DNA of 64,000 bases, from the NCBI GenBank assembly GCA_963813155.1, contig CAWEYG010000006.1:32001-96000 (forward strand). Direction: 5' to 3'. This document shows positions 1 through 10,207 of this stretch, piece by piece. The translations under genes and the position numbers were made by a program. The stretch is from an uncultured Acidobacteriota bacterium (GTDB lineage Bacteria > Acidobacteriota > Thermoanaerobaculia > UBA5066 > DATFVB01). Below the pieces are notes generated by a model. The model did not search any database. It was not told where the DNA came from and was given only the letters and a program-made list of their open reading frames with translations. Numbering within the stretch: position 1 is the stretch's first letter; every line of letters starts with the position of its first letter.

Positions 1-1060
1 CCCGGAGTTCGGCCGCGCGGTCCAGTGGGACGTGCCCCTGACGGAGGGCTACGACCACGAATTCTTGCCGATCGAGTCGGCCGCCAGCCCAAATCAGCTT
101 TTGGCAGATCGACAATCCCGCAATCGGGAACGCTCTGTCGAAATTCGATCCCGACGTCGTCTGCGTTCACGGCTACGCGCAGCGCACGCTCTGGCGGGCG
201 ATCGGCTGGGCTCGGCGCAACCGGCGGCCCGTTCTGCTTTACGGCGACTCCAGCGCATCGACTCGCACCCCATGGCACAAGCGAGTTCTCAAGAGCGTGG
301 TGGTCACCGAGATTTATCGCCGGATCGACGGGGCGATGGCCGTCGGCGACCGGAATCGCGAATACCACCGGCGGTTCGGCATGCCGGAGGAGCGGCTCTT
401 CCCGGGGGTTCTGCCCGTTGATGCGAAGCGAATTCTCGCGGCCGTGCCGGACCGCGAGTCCGCGCGGATGGAAATCCGGCGCAGCTTCGGCATCTCTCCC
501 GAAGCTTTCGTCGTGTTTTTCGCCGGAAAATACGTGCCCTGGAAGCGGCCTCTCGACCTTTCGGGAGCAGTCTCGCTTCTGACTAGTCGCGGCCGCGACG
601 TCGTCGGGTTATTCGCGGGGGACGGCCCGCTGGCGCCCGAAATCGAGGCCGCGGCGCGGGCGATCGGAGGCAACCGAATCGTTCTTGCGGGTTTCGTGAA
701 TCAGGCGGAGATTCCGCGGCTGTACGCGGCGGCGGACGTTCTCGCGGTGCCGTCGGAGCGGGACTCCCATCCGCTCGCGGTCAGCGAGGCAGCGACGCTC
801 GGCGTTCCGTCCATTCTCAGCGAGCGATGCGGCTGCATCGGCGAGAACGACGTGGCGCGCCCCGGTGAAACGGCCTGGTGCACGAATGCGGCGACGTCGA
901 AGGGTTGGCGGCGGCGATCGAACGGCTGGCCGCGGATCGCGAGCTCCTCGGCCGCCTGGGCTCCCGTGCACGCGAGGTCGCGGCGACCCAGGACGTCAAA
1001 CCCGCGGCAAAGCTCTTCACCGAGGCCGCGAAGAAACTGGCGGAGATGGGGCCAAGGTGA
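1..1060 (+). CDS. Glycosyltransferase family 4 (5'-truncated, frameshifted in assembly)
   Basis: Pieces in several frames: QWDVPLTEGY..., FFAGKYVPWKRPLDL, GFVNQAEIPRLYAAADVLAVPSERDSHPLAVSEA (GT-B E-x7-E-like motif); ends at TGA 1058-1060 via ORF 878..1060. Confidence 0.85.
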
Positions 1061-1081
1061 GACGTCATCGCGAGCGGCCTT

Positions 1082-1105
1082 CCCCCTCTCCAGGTGGAGA
1101 GGGGG
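1082..1105. repeat. BoxC-like palindromic repeat (CCCCCTCTCCA-gg-TGGAGAGGGGG)
   Basis: Perfect 11-bp stem; same core as other copies in the window. Confidence 0.75.
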
Positions 1106-1562
1106 CGGCCAGGTTCAGGCCCGAGCGATCCTGGCGCGGACCGAGGCAATGGAGTCATGAATTTCGTCGTTTGAGAAACGCAAGACCTGAATTCCCCGTG
1201 AGAGAAGATAGCGGTCTCGCTCGGCGTCCCGCTCACGGCTGGAATGGCGGATCGGGCCGTCTACTTCGACAGCGACATTTGCGATCTATCGCAACAGTCA
1301 GCGAACATCTAGAATGAAGGGGCCAACCGGCGTGCTGACGTGTCGGAATCGAAGGTCCCATGAAACTCTTCACCTCTGAGCTCCTCCCAGAGGGTTGCCT
1401 CAGCCGATCGTTCGGGCGAGACCGAAAATCAAGGCAGGATCACGTCGAGCTGGTCCCCAATGATCACCGGCGATGAACCCCACCTGGGAGCTCTTTCCGA
1501 TCCACGTCACGATTAGCACGATTGCCGCGGTCGGCCTTCGGCCTCCCTCGCAATGACAGCGA

Positions 1563-2463
1563 GTGATGGGGCTGAGCTTCTCCATCGTCATCCCCACCTA
1601 TCGGCGCGAAGCGGTCCTCGTTGCGACGCTCGACGCGCTGCTTCGCCTGCGCGAGCCGGCGGACGAAGTGCTGATTGTCGATCAGACCCCCGTGCACGAA
1701 GAAGCAACCGAGAGGGAGCTCGCGGCGTGGGAAGGAAACGGACGCATCCGTCGGATACGTCTGCCGCGACCCTCAATTCCCAAAGCGATGAACGAGGGTC
1801 TGCGCGAGGCGCGGGGAGAGATCGCTCTTTTCCTGGACGACGACATCATCCCCGGCGAGGAGCTCGTCTCCGCTCATCGCGACGCCCACGCCGCAAGCGG
1901 AAACACGATCGTGGCCGGACAGGTCCTTCAGCCGGGAGAGGAGGCAATCGGCGGCCGGGAGCGACGACGCATTCCGGTTCTGCCACAGCGGACCTCGATG
2001 GCTCGAGGAGTTCATGGGGGGAAATTTCTCGATCGACAGGAAAGCCGCGTTGAGCCTCGGGGGTTTCGACGAAAACTTCGTCGGCGGAGGATATCGATTC
2101 GAGCGCGATTTCGCCCGAAGGTCGCTCGGGGCGGGCGTCCGGATCTACTTCGAGCCGAGGGCGAGCATCCGTCACTTGCGGGCTTCCGTGGGTGGAACGC
2201 GGGCATATGGGAACCATCTGCGGTCGGCGAGCCCCGCGCACTCCGTCGGCGAGTACTACGATTTTCTCAAGTGGTCGTCGCCCGGCAGGCTTTTTCCGAA
2301 TATTCTGGGGCGCATGTTTCGTTCGATCCGGACTCGCCATCACGCGCGGCATCCCTGGTGGATTCCGGTGACGCTCGCCGCAGAGCTCGGCGGACTCGGC
2401 TGGGCGGCTGCGCTCCGCTTGCGCGGATCGCGAAACATTCAAAGTCCCGGAGCTCGCCCATGA
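1563..2463 (+). CDS. Glycosyltransferase family 2 (frameshift near 1980-2014)
   Basis: FSIVIPTYRR...VLIVDQ...ALFLDDDI in ORF 1563; continues as MGGNFSIDRKAALSLGGFDENF in ORF 2014..2463. Confidence 0.88.
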
Positions 2464-3911
2464 TGGAGATGGTCATCCTCCTGGGGGTGTTTGGGCTGCT
2501 GATTTGTTTCGCGAGCCCGCCAATCGGGATGTTCATCACCCTGGCAGTGGGATTTCTCGCCGATCCCCTGCGAAAGACGTTGCCCGGCGAACCGGTCTTT
2601 CTCGTGGCCGTCGTGGCGATCTTCGCGGGAGTGACCTTTTTCGGGGCCGTGGTCCGAGGCGTCTTGCCTCCGCCAAAGGTGCTGCTGGCCCGCACGGGCC
2701 GGATGCGTCGGCCGATCCTCTTCTTTCTGGCGCTCGTCCTCGCCCAGAGCGCGATTTCTTTGGTCAGAACCGGAAGCCCGGTCATCGCGGGGATCGGAGT
2801 TCTCGCCTATACGGCGCCCATTCCCGCGGTCCTTCTTGGCTACGCGGCCGGCAGTTCCCAGCGCTCAATGATCCGGATCATCTCCTTCTACGTTTTGGTC
2901 GTCGCGATTTTCGCGTCCGGAATCTATCTGGACGTGGCGGGCTGGCACAATCGGCTCTTCTACGGAGTGGGGGAAGAGTTGATGGTGTATTCGCCCACGA
3001 CCGGGGAGGCGATGCAGCTCTTCTGCGGCCTTTTTCGCACCTCGGAGATCGCCGCGTGGCACTGCGCGACCGCTGCCTGCTTTCTGATCATTTTGGCCGC
3101 GGCCTACCGGCGGAAACCGCAGATGGTTGCGCTGGCCGGCCTGGGAAGCGTCTATTTGTTCGTCGCGATCGTGTTCACCGGGAGGCGAAAGGCCTTTGCG
3201 GCGGTCGTCCTGTTCGGCCTGCTCTTCGGTCTGTTCCTCCTCCGCCATCGCCGCAGCCCGCGCACCCTGATCGCAGTCTTCGTCGTCGCGATCACGGGAG
3301 CCGCCCTTTTCGGAGAAACAGCCATCTTTTCGGAGAACTTCGCGACCCGATATCAGATGTACTTCGAGAGAGAGCAGACAACGACGCCCACGTCGGCCGT
3401 CGAGAGACTGAAAGACATGACGGTCGATTCGGTCGGCTACACGGTTCGCCAGAACGGTTTCTTCGGCGTCGGCGCGGGAGTCGGCAGCCAGGGCGCCCAG
3501 CACTTCGGCGGCGGAGCGGAGGTCGTCGGCGGCTCTGCCGAAGGAGGACTGGGAAAGATTCTTGCCGAGCTCGGCGTTCCCGGGTTCGCCCTCATCCTGT
3601 GGATCGGATATCTGACATTTCGCCGTTTGATGAGAGAAATCCGCCGATTCGGCAGGACCGAATCGGTGCCGGCGGTTCTCAGCCTCGGATTGATAGCGCT
3701 GATCGCGACAAATGCGATCGAGTTCGTCACTGCCCATCAAGCCTTTGGCGATCCCTTCGTTCTGCTCATGCTCGGGTGGATGCTGGGCATTCTTCTCGGC
3801 CTTCTCCGCCGGGAGCGGGCCGCGCGCCGGCCCGCCCCGAGGTTGCCGCAGGCCCGGAAAGGGCCGTCGGCCATTCTCCCGAAGCCGATTCTCGGAATCG
3901 AGGGGTTCTGA
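2460..3911 (+). CDS. Polytopic membrane protein, Wzy polymerase / O-antigen ligase-like
   Basis: ATG 2460 overlaps the upstream stop; about 10-12 hydrophobic segments, FTGRRK and FFGVGAG...ILAELGVPG motifs, located in a polysaccharide locus. Confidence 0.65.
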   Translation: MMEMVILLGVFGLLICFASPPIGMFITLAVGFLADPLRKTLPGEPVFLVAVVAIFAGVTFFGAVVRGVLPPPKVLLARTGRMRRPILFFLALVLAQSAISLVRTGSPVIAGIGVLAYTAPIPAVLLGYAAGSSQRSMIRIISFYVLVVAIFASGIYLDVAGWHNRLFYGVGEELMVYSPTTGEAMQLFCGLFRTSEIAAWHCATAACFLIILAAAYRRKPQMVALAGLGSVYLFVAIVFTGRRKAFAAVVLFGLLFGLFLLRHRRSPRTLIAVFVVAITGAALFGETAIFSENFATRYQMYFEREQTTTPTSAVERLKDMTVDSVGYTVRQNGFFGVGAGVGSQGAQHFGGGAEVVGGSAEGGLGKILAELGVPGFALILWIGYLTFRRLMREIRRFGRTESVPAVLSLGLIALIATNAIEFVTAHQAFGDPFVLLMLGWMLGILLGLLRRERAARRPAPRLPQARKGPSAILPKPILGIEGF

Positions 3912-5289
3912 AGATCCTCCACGTGATCCCGTCGACTGCGGCGAGAGACGGTGGGCCCAGCATGGTCGTCTTGAAGATGTCCGCGGAGCTTCGGCGCTGC
4001 GGCGCCGACGCTGCAATTGCGACAACGGACGCCGACGGCCCGGGCCGGCTGCCGGTTCGTTGCGGCACGATGCGCGAGCACGAAGGCATTCCGATGATCT
4101 TTTTCCACCGGCGGTTCTCGGAATCGTTCAAGTATTCGAGGCCGTTCGCGACGTGGCTGGGAAAGCATGTCGCGGAATTCGACGCCGTTCACATCCACGG
4201 CGTTTTCTCGCATTCGTGTCTGGCCGCGGCGCGAGCCTGCCGGCGAGGCTCCGTTCCCTACATTGTCCGCCCGCTCGGAGCGCTCGAGCGGTGGAGCCTT
4301 CGCCAGAAGCCCGTCCGCAAGCGAATCGCTCTTGCCCTGGGAGCGCGAAAGATGCTGGCGGAGGCCGCGGCGGTCCACTACACGACGGAGCGAGAGCGCA
4401 GGGAATCGGAGCGGATGCTCGAGCTGTCGAACGGGGTCGTGATTCCGTTGGGGGTGGACCCGCCTTCGCTCTCACCGAGCTTCGGCGCGGTTCCTCCCCA
4501 AAATCGAGCAATCGAGCAATCCAGCAATCGAGCAATGAATATTCTTTTTCTTTCGCGCTTGCATCCGAAGAAGGGGATCGAGCTGTTGTTGGAGGCGTTT
4601 GCGACGGTCGGACCGTCACCCCGCGAAGGGGGGCGCGGGGGAAGTCGCGAGGCCACCCCGTGATCGCCGGCTCGGGCGAGCCGGCCTACGAGGAGGAGCT
4701 TCGTCGTCTCGCGGAATCGCTGGGAATCGCCGAACGAGTGTCGTTCTCCGGATGGCTCGACGGCGAGGCGAAGGCCACCGCGCTCGCGGGGGCGGACCTC
4801 TACGTTCTGCCCTCCGCGCAGGAGAATTTCGGCCTGTCGGTTCTGGAAGCGATGGCCGCCGGCGTGCCGGTGGCCGTGAGCCGCGAGGTCGATCTGTCGG
4901 ACGACATCGAATTGGCCGGAGCCGGATGGGTATTCGAGCGAACCCCTTCATCGCTCACGGCCGTTCTTCGGGAAGCGCTTTCCGGGGAAGAAGAGCGCCG
5001 CTCCCGGGGGAGCCGCGGCCGGGAGCTCGTCGAACAGCGATATCAGTGGCCGGGAATCACGATGGAGTTGCAGAGCCTCTATCGGTCGATAACCGACGCC
5101 AGACCGCCCGTCCTCACCCCCCCGGCCCCCTCTCCAGCATCTGGAGAGGGGGAGAGATCCTATCCCTCTCCACTTGGTGGAGAGGGGGGACCGCCGCAGC
5201 GGTGGGTGAGGCCGTGGCCACCTCCGTCTCCGCGATCGTCCTCACTTTCAACGAGGAAAAGAATCTTCCCGATTGCCTGGAGAGCTTGA
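3908..5289 (+). CDS. Glycosyltransferase family 4 (frameshift near 4620-4660; C-terminus reads through a palindromic repeat)
   Basis: LKILHVIPSTAARDGGPS, ILFLSRLHPKKGIELL, then VLPSAQENFGLSVLEAMAAGVPV in the next frame. Confidence 0.85.
4502..4533 (+). repeat. 8-bp tandem repeat (AATCGAGC)x4 inside the GT4 gene
   Basis: aatcgagc aatcgagc aatccagc aatcgagc read directly. Confidence 0.9.
5112..5211. repeat. Full composite BoxC-like element: CCTCACCCC-hairpin-spacer-hairpin-GGGTGAGG
   Basis: Hairpins ccccctctccag-cat-ctggagaggggg (5126-5152) and ccctctccac-ttg-gtggagaggg (5164-5186); inverted termini; CCGT on both flanks. Confidence 0.85.
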
Positions 5290-6098
5290 AGGGCGTCGCG
5301 GACGAAGTCTTCGTCGTCGATTCCGGCAGCACCGACGCGACCCGCGAGATCGCGGTCCGGTACGGCGCGAGGGTGGTCGAGCACGCTTTCGAGAACTATG
5401 CGTTGCAGCGGAACTGGGCGATCGACAATCTTCCGCTTTCAGGCGCCTGGATCCTTCACCTCGACGCCGACGAGAGACTCACTCCCGGATCTGTGCAGCG
5501 AGATGCCTGGAGCATCTTCCCGGAGCCAGGATGGCGTGACGGGTTTCTCTTTCGGAAACGTCCGATTTTCATGGGGCGGTGGATCCGGCATGGCGGCCAT
5601 TACCCGTCGTTCCATCTGCGGCTCATTCGAAAGGCGAAGGGGACGGTGCGAGGATCGTCTTTATGACCAGCATTTCCGTCGTCGGCGGCGAGGTGCGCGG
5701 CTCTTCGACACGACTATCTGGACGTGATCGCTTCTGATCTGGACACCTGGACGGAACGCCACCTTCGCTGGGCGAAGCTCGAAGCGGAAGAAATTCAGTC
5801 GAGCGCTTCAAATAAGGCGTTGCGTGTGCGAGCCGAGTTCTCTGGCGATCCCATCCAGAGGCGTCGATGGCTTCGCGACAAGGCCTATCTTCGCGGCCCG
5901 TTATTTTTTCGGGCGTTTGCTTACTTCTTCTATCGGTACGTCATCCGCCTTGGCTTTCTGGACGGGAAGGAAGGCTTGATTTTTCATTTTCTTCAGGGGT
6001 GCTGGTACCGGTTCCTCGTGGACGTGACTATTGACCAGCAGCGGAGATTCTCGAAGGTCTCGAAGGTCTCGAAGGTTTCGAAGGGGAGACGCGGGTGA
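5214..6098 (+). CDS. Glycosyltransferase family 2 (frameshifted near 5640-5720)
   Basis: VSAIVLTFNEEKNLPDCL...VVDSGSTD...LHLDADE; C-terminal YVIRLGFLDGKEGLIFHFLQG in ORF 5724..6098. Confidence 0.88.
6049..6084 (+). repeat. 9-bp tandem repeat (TCTCGAAGG)x4 at the GT2 3' end
   Basis: Encodes SKVSKVSKVSK; read directly. Confidence 0.9.
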
Positions 6099-6667
6099 AG
6101 ACTTTCCTCTTCATTCTCCTTCTTCCCAGTCTCGTCGTCATCTTTCTCGTCACGCCCGCCGGGCACACCGTGCTGATGAGGGCAGGCCAGTGGCTTGTCG
6201 TCACGACGCCTGTTCACCGCGCCGACGTCATCGTGGCCCTCGGCGGGGACCGCGCGCGCCAGGAAAAAGCCGCCGAGCTCTATCGGCAGGGGTTGGCGCC
6301 ATTCGTCCTCTTCACGGGCGCGGATGCCCGCAATCGCGACTACGGGTGTCTCGGAATTCCGCCGGAAGCAGCGCTCGCCGTTCCGCGGCCGGTCTTCACG
6401 ACGAACGCCGAAGGGGATACCGTCCGCGAGATCGTGGACAAGAACCGGTACCGCTCGATCCTCCTCGTCACCTCGCCGTACCATTCGCGGCGTGCGCTGG
6501 CCGTCTTCCAGAAGGAATTCCGAGGCAAGCCCGTCGAGGTGCTGCTGACGACCTGCGATCCGCCCGCCTTTCTGGATCATGTCTGGTGGAGATCGCATAT
6601 GGGAGTGAAGACGATTCTTACGGAGTATTTCGGGATGAGCTATTACTGGCTTAAGGGATTCGTGTGA
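6095..6667 (+). CDS. YdcF/ElyC-like (DUF218) envelope protein
   Basis: N-terminal TM segment, ADVIVALGG, LFTG, ILLVTSPYHSRRA motifs. Confidence 0.85.
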   Translation: MKTFLFILLLPSLVVIFLVTPAGHTVLMRAGQWLVVTTPVHRADVIVALGGDRARQEKAAELYRQGLAPFVLFTGADARNRDYGCLGIPPEAALAVPRPVFTTNAEGDTVREIVDKNRYRSILLVTSPYHSRRALAVFQKEFRGKPVEVLLTTCDPPAFLDHVWWRSHMGVKTILTEYFGMSYYWLKGFV

Positions 6668-6713
6668 GAAACGACCGCGAGCACCTGGGCTGGATTCGTC
6701 GGACTGGTGATTC

Positions 6714-7439
6714 TTGAGGACACCGATTCGAGAGTGGATTGTACAGAGGCTGGGTGAGCAGCGAGTGGGGTTGGCTCAGTTTCTGATTCAGACACTTCGC
6801 GGTGAGGTGTCCCGAAGAACTGGGTTCAACGGCCAGCCCGGGCGGCAGGCCCTGTTTCGCGGGCTAGTGACCGCAATTGCATTCGACGAGATCATCGAAA
6901 CTGGCACCTTCCGCGGTGACACTACAGCTTTCATGACGCGGATCTCTAGCCTACCAGTGCAGAGCAGCGAAACGTCCGCGCGCCACTATAGCTACTCGCG
7001 GTCCCGGTTTCTCTTCAACAGCAACGTTAGCGTTTATCGATCAGATTCGAGGGCGTTTCTCAGCAAATATTTCGCTGACTGCCGGAACTCAAAAAAAGCA
7101 GTATTCGTCTATCTCGACGCGCATTGGAATTCCGATTTACCGTTGTTTGATGAAACCAGAATCCTGTTCGCGAGTTCTGCCGATATCGTGGTAATGATCG
7201 ATGACTTTCAAGTGCCTGGCGATTCAGGTTATCGGTATGACAGCTATGGGGCGAGCGCAACTCTTAATCTCGAATACCTACGGCTCGAGGAGATGCCTGC
7301 GGTTCGCGTGTTTTTTCCGACGCTCCCGTCGAAAGAGGAAGGGGGCGCCCGTAGGGGATGCGTGGTCCTCGCGAGTTCCGGGCAACTGGTCGAAAAGCTT
7401 CAATCGATGAATGCTCTTCATTTGTGGTGCCAGAAGTGA
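6714..7439 (+). CDS. Hypothetical protein, probable SAM-dependent methyltransferase-like fold
   Basis: IIETGTFRGDTT, VYLDAHW, VMIDDF motifs; visibly lower GC than flanks. Confidence 0.55.
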   Translation: MRTPIREWIVQRLGEQRVGLAQFLIQTLRGEVSRRTGFNGQPGRQALFRGLVTAIAFDEIIETGTFRGDTTAFMTRISSLPVQSSETSARHYSYSRSRFLFNSNVSVYRSDSRAFLSKYFADCRNSKKAVFVYLDAHWNSDLPLFDETRILFASSADIVVMIDDFQVPGDSGYRYDSYGASATLNLEYLRLEEMPAVRVFFPTLPSKEEGGARRGCVVLASSGQLVEKLQSMNALHLWCQK

Positions 7440-8368
7440 ATCGTGCCGGCGTGGCTCCCGCCGAACTCAGGGGCGGGTACCAGAAGCTCAACGAATCCTT
7501 TTCCAGATCGTTCGCATTTCGATGTGGAAGAGGGGTCGGGTTTTGCGCAGAGATCGGGGGTCTTATCAAATGTATGATGCGGTGCCTCCATGGCAGGATT
7601 CGGCTCTGCGCAAGTCACGGCGGTCGCCCGACGGGGATCGCTACCGCACGGGGCCTGACGGACTACTTCGTGCCTCTTTTCCCGGAAGTAGAGATTGGCA
7701 TTCTGAACCTGTTGAACAGGCCGACCTATCCCGGAGCAGGTCGGTTCCGATGGGCTCGGCAAGCGGCTTCCCGAGTATTGCATACAACGACGGGTATCGA
7801 CTTGTTCATGATGGATGATCTTGGGCCCCTACCGGATGGTTTCACGATTCCGGAACTTGGAATCGACCTCCGATACTGGGACGCCTGCGCATACCTATCA
7901 AGGCTTCTCTGGACGTACCGCCCGGAAATCCGCGACGATGTGTTTGCGACGGTGTCTCGACTGGGCCTTCCAGATTCGTATGTGTCGGTTCACTTGCGAC
8001 GTGGCGACAAGAAAACCGAGAGCCCCTACGCTAGCGTCGAGGCCTATGCCGCAGCCTTGATTCGCGCACGGCCAGGGGGGTGTGTCTTGGCTGTTGCCTC
8101 GGATGATGGAGATGCTATTCGTAGGCTGGCAAGTTGTCTGCCAGCCGTTTTCGAGGTGATTTCTTGCTCCGATCCCAACGCGAAGGGCTATGTTCAGGGC
8201 GATTTCAATTCGTTGTCCGCTACCGTCCGATTTGCGCTAGTCAAACGATTTCTCGCCGAGTTTGAAGCGCTTCGAGGCGGAGAAGTCTTCGTGGGCTCTG
8301 CGACTTCCAACGTGACCTATCTTGTCCAGATGATGAGGGCCGGGCAGAGAGTTCTTCGAATCGACTGA
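7436..8368 (+). CDS. NodZ/FUT8-like (GT23-type) GDP-sugar transferase
   Basis: YVSVHLRRGDK (fucosyltransferase motif I), VASDD (motif II), FVGSATSNV (motif III); GTG overlaps the upstream TGA. Confidence 0.65.
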   Translation: MNRAGVAPAELRGGYQKLNESFSRSFAFRCGRGVGFCAEIGGLIKCMMRCLHGRIRLCASHGGRPTGIATARGLTDYFVPLFPEVEIGILNLLNRPTYPGAGRFRWARQAASRVLHTTTGIDLFMMDDLGPLPDGFTIPELGIDLRYWDACAYLSRLLWTYRPEIRDDVFATVSRLGLPDSYVSVHLRRGDKKTESPYASVEAYAAALIRARPGGCVLAVASDDGDAIRRLASCLPAVFEVISCSDPNAKGYVQGDFNSLSATVRFALVKRFLAEFEALRGGEVFVGSATSNVTYLVQMMRAGQRVLRID

Positions 8369-8430
8369 CGGCCCGGAGTTGATCTGGAGGAAAAGCGCAT
8401 AACTTCGACTACTTTGGAAGGTGACTAGAA

Positions 8431-10191
8431 GTGGGATCTGTGATCCTCGGCATCAACGCTTTCCACGGCGATTCTGCCGCCGCGCTGCTCGACGAAGGCA
8501 TTTTCAAGTGCGGGGTCGAAGAGGAGCGGCTCAACAGAATCAAGCACTGGGCCGGGTTTCCCGGGCTCGCGATCCAGGCGGTGCTGGCGGATTCCGGGGC
8601 GATGCTCGCCGACGTCGAGCACGTCGCGATCTCTCGCGACCCGGCCGCGCATCTCCTCAGCAAGGTGATGTTCGCGCTTCGAAAGCGCCCCGGCCTCGAA
8701 GCGATCCGGTCGCGGCTCGCGAACCAGGGGAAGGTCCGGAACATGGGGGAGCTGCTGAACAACCTCACCTCCGCCCCTTTCCGCGGCACCATCCACAACG
8801 TCGAGCATCACCGCGCGCACCTCGCTTCGGCGTTCTTCTGTTCTCCCTTCGACCAGGCCGCCTGCCTGACGGTCGACGGCTTCGGGGACTTTCTCTCTTC
8901 GATGAGCGCCGTCGGGAAGGGGAACCGCCTGGAAAAGATCGACGACGTGATGTTTCCGCATTCGCTCGGCATTTTCTACACGGCGGTGACGCAGTATCTC
9001 GGCTTCCCGAAATACGGAGACGAGTACAAGGTGATGGGGCTCGCGTCCTATGGAAGGCCCTCGTTTCTCCCGGAGATGCGCCGGATCGTGCATCTCGAGA
9101 ACGAGGGCCAGTTCACCGTCGATCTCGACTATTTCGTCCACGCCAGCGAGGGAGCGACGATGTCGTGGGACAACGGCGAGCCGGTCATCGGCCCGCTCTG
9201 GTCGAAGAAATTCGTGGAGCTCCTCGGCGCCGCCCGGGATCCCGGAAGCGAGTTGACCGAGCGCCACCACGACCTGGCCGCGTCGCTGCAGGCGATGTAC
9301 GAGGAGACATTCTTTCACCGGGTCAACTGGCTTCAAAAAAAGACGGGTCTCACGGCGCTCTGCCTCGCCGGCGGGTGCGCAATGAATTCCGTCGCGAACG
9401 GCAAGCTCTTCGCGAAGACCGATTTTCGGGACGTCTATATCCAGAGCGCGGCCGGCGACGCCGGGACCGCCCTGGGCGCCGCGCTTTCCGTCTGGCACGA
9501 GGTTCTCGGCAAGCCGCGCGGGTTCGTGATGGAGCACTCTTACTGGGGGCCGGAGTTCGGCGATGCCGACGTTCGTCAGGCGTTGGAGGCGAGTCGGGAG
9601 GAGTTGGAGAAACAGGGCTGCCGGGTGCGAAGGATCGAAGACGTGGACACGCTGTGCCGGAGCACCGCCGAAAAGATCGCCAACGGGAAGATCGTCGGGT
9701 GGTACCAGGGGAGAAGCGAGTGGGGCCCGCGCGCGCTCGGGAATCGCTCGATCGTCGTCGATCCCCGCCGCGCCGAGATGAAAGACGTGCTGAACTCGCG
9801 CATCAAGCGGCGCGAGCCGTTTCGCCCGTTCGCGCCGTCGATTCTCGAAGAGCGTGTCGGCGACTACTTCGAGGAGTCGTACCCCGATCCCTTCATGATC
9901 AAGGTCTACCCGGTTCGTCCGGAGAAGCGTTCGGAGATTCCGGCCGTAACGCACGTCGACGGCACCGGGCGGCTTCAGACGGTGTCCCGGGCGCAGAACC
10001 CCCGATACTGGGCGCTGATCAAGGCGTTCGAGGCGCAGACGGGAGTTCCCGTCGTCCTGAACACGTCGTTCAACGAGAACGAGCCAATCGTCAACACGCC
10101 CGCCGAGGCGTTGGCGTGTTTCCTGAGAACGAAGATGGACGTGCTCGTGATGGGGGATTGGGTCGTGGAGCGGGCAAGTAGAGAGTCGTGA
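8431..10191 (+). CDS. Carbamoyltransferase, NodU/CmcH family
   Basis: ILGINAFHGDSAAA, EEERLNRIKH, EHHRAH, EYKVMGLA, GPRALGNRS, RPFAP, LNTSFN. Confidence 0.95.
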   Translation: MGSVILGINAFHGDSAAALLDEGIFKCGVEEERLNRIKHWAGFPGLAIQAVLADSGAMLADVEHVAISRDPAAHLLSKVMFALRKRPGLEAIRSRLANQGKVRNMGELLNNLTSAPFRGTIHNVEHHRAHLASAFFCSPFDQAACLTVDGFGDFLSSMSAVGKGNRLEKIDDVMFPHSLGIFYTAVTQYLGFPKYGDEYKVMGLASYGRPSFLPEMRRIVHLENEGQFTVDLDYFVHASEGATMSWDNGEPVIGPLWSKKFVELLGAARDPGSELTERHHDLAASLQAMYEETFFHRVNWLQKKTGLTALCLAGGCAMNSVANGKLFAKTDFRDVYIQSAAGDAGTALGAALSVWHEVLGKPRGFVMEHSYWGPEFGDADVRQALEASREELEKQGCRVRRIEDVDTLCRSTAEKIANGKIVGWYQGRSEWGPRALGNRSIVVDPRRAEMKDVLNSRIKRREPFRPFAPSILEERVGDYFEESYPDPFMIKVYPVRPEKRSEIPAVTHVDGTGRLQTVSRAQNPRYWALIKAFEAQTGVPVVLNTSFNENEPIVNTPAEALACFLRTKMDVLVMGDWVVERASRES

Positions 10192-10207
10192 GTGACAGGT
10201 TCGCCTC

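Noticed and set aside
1563-3911. 782-aa GT2-Wzy fusion ORF
   Set aside because: The GT2 domain continues in another frame and stops at 2463, overlapping a proper ATG at 2460; the fusion is an indel artefact.
5108-5215. CCGT flanks as a proven target-site duplication
   Set aside because: Seen at only one copy; other copies lack matching flanks, and 4 bp in GC-rich DNA can arise by chance.
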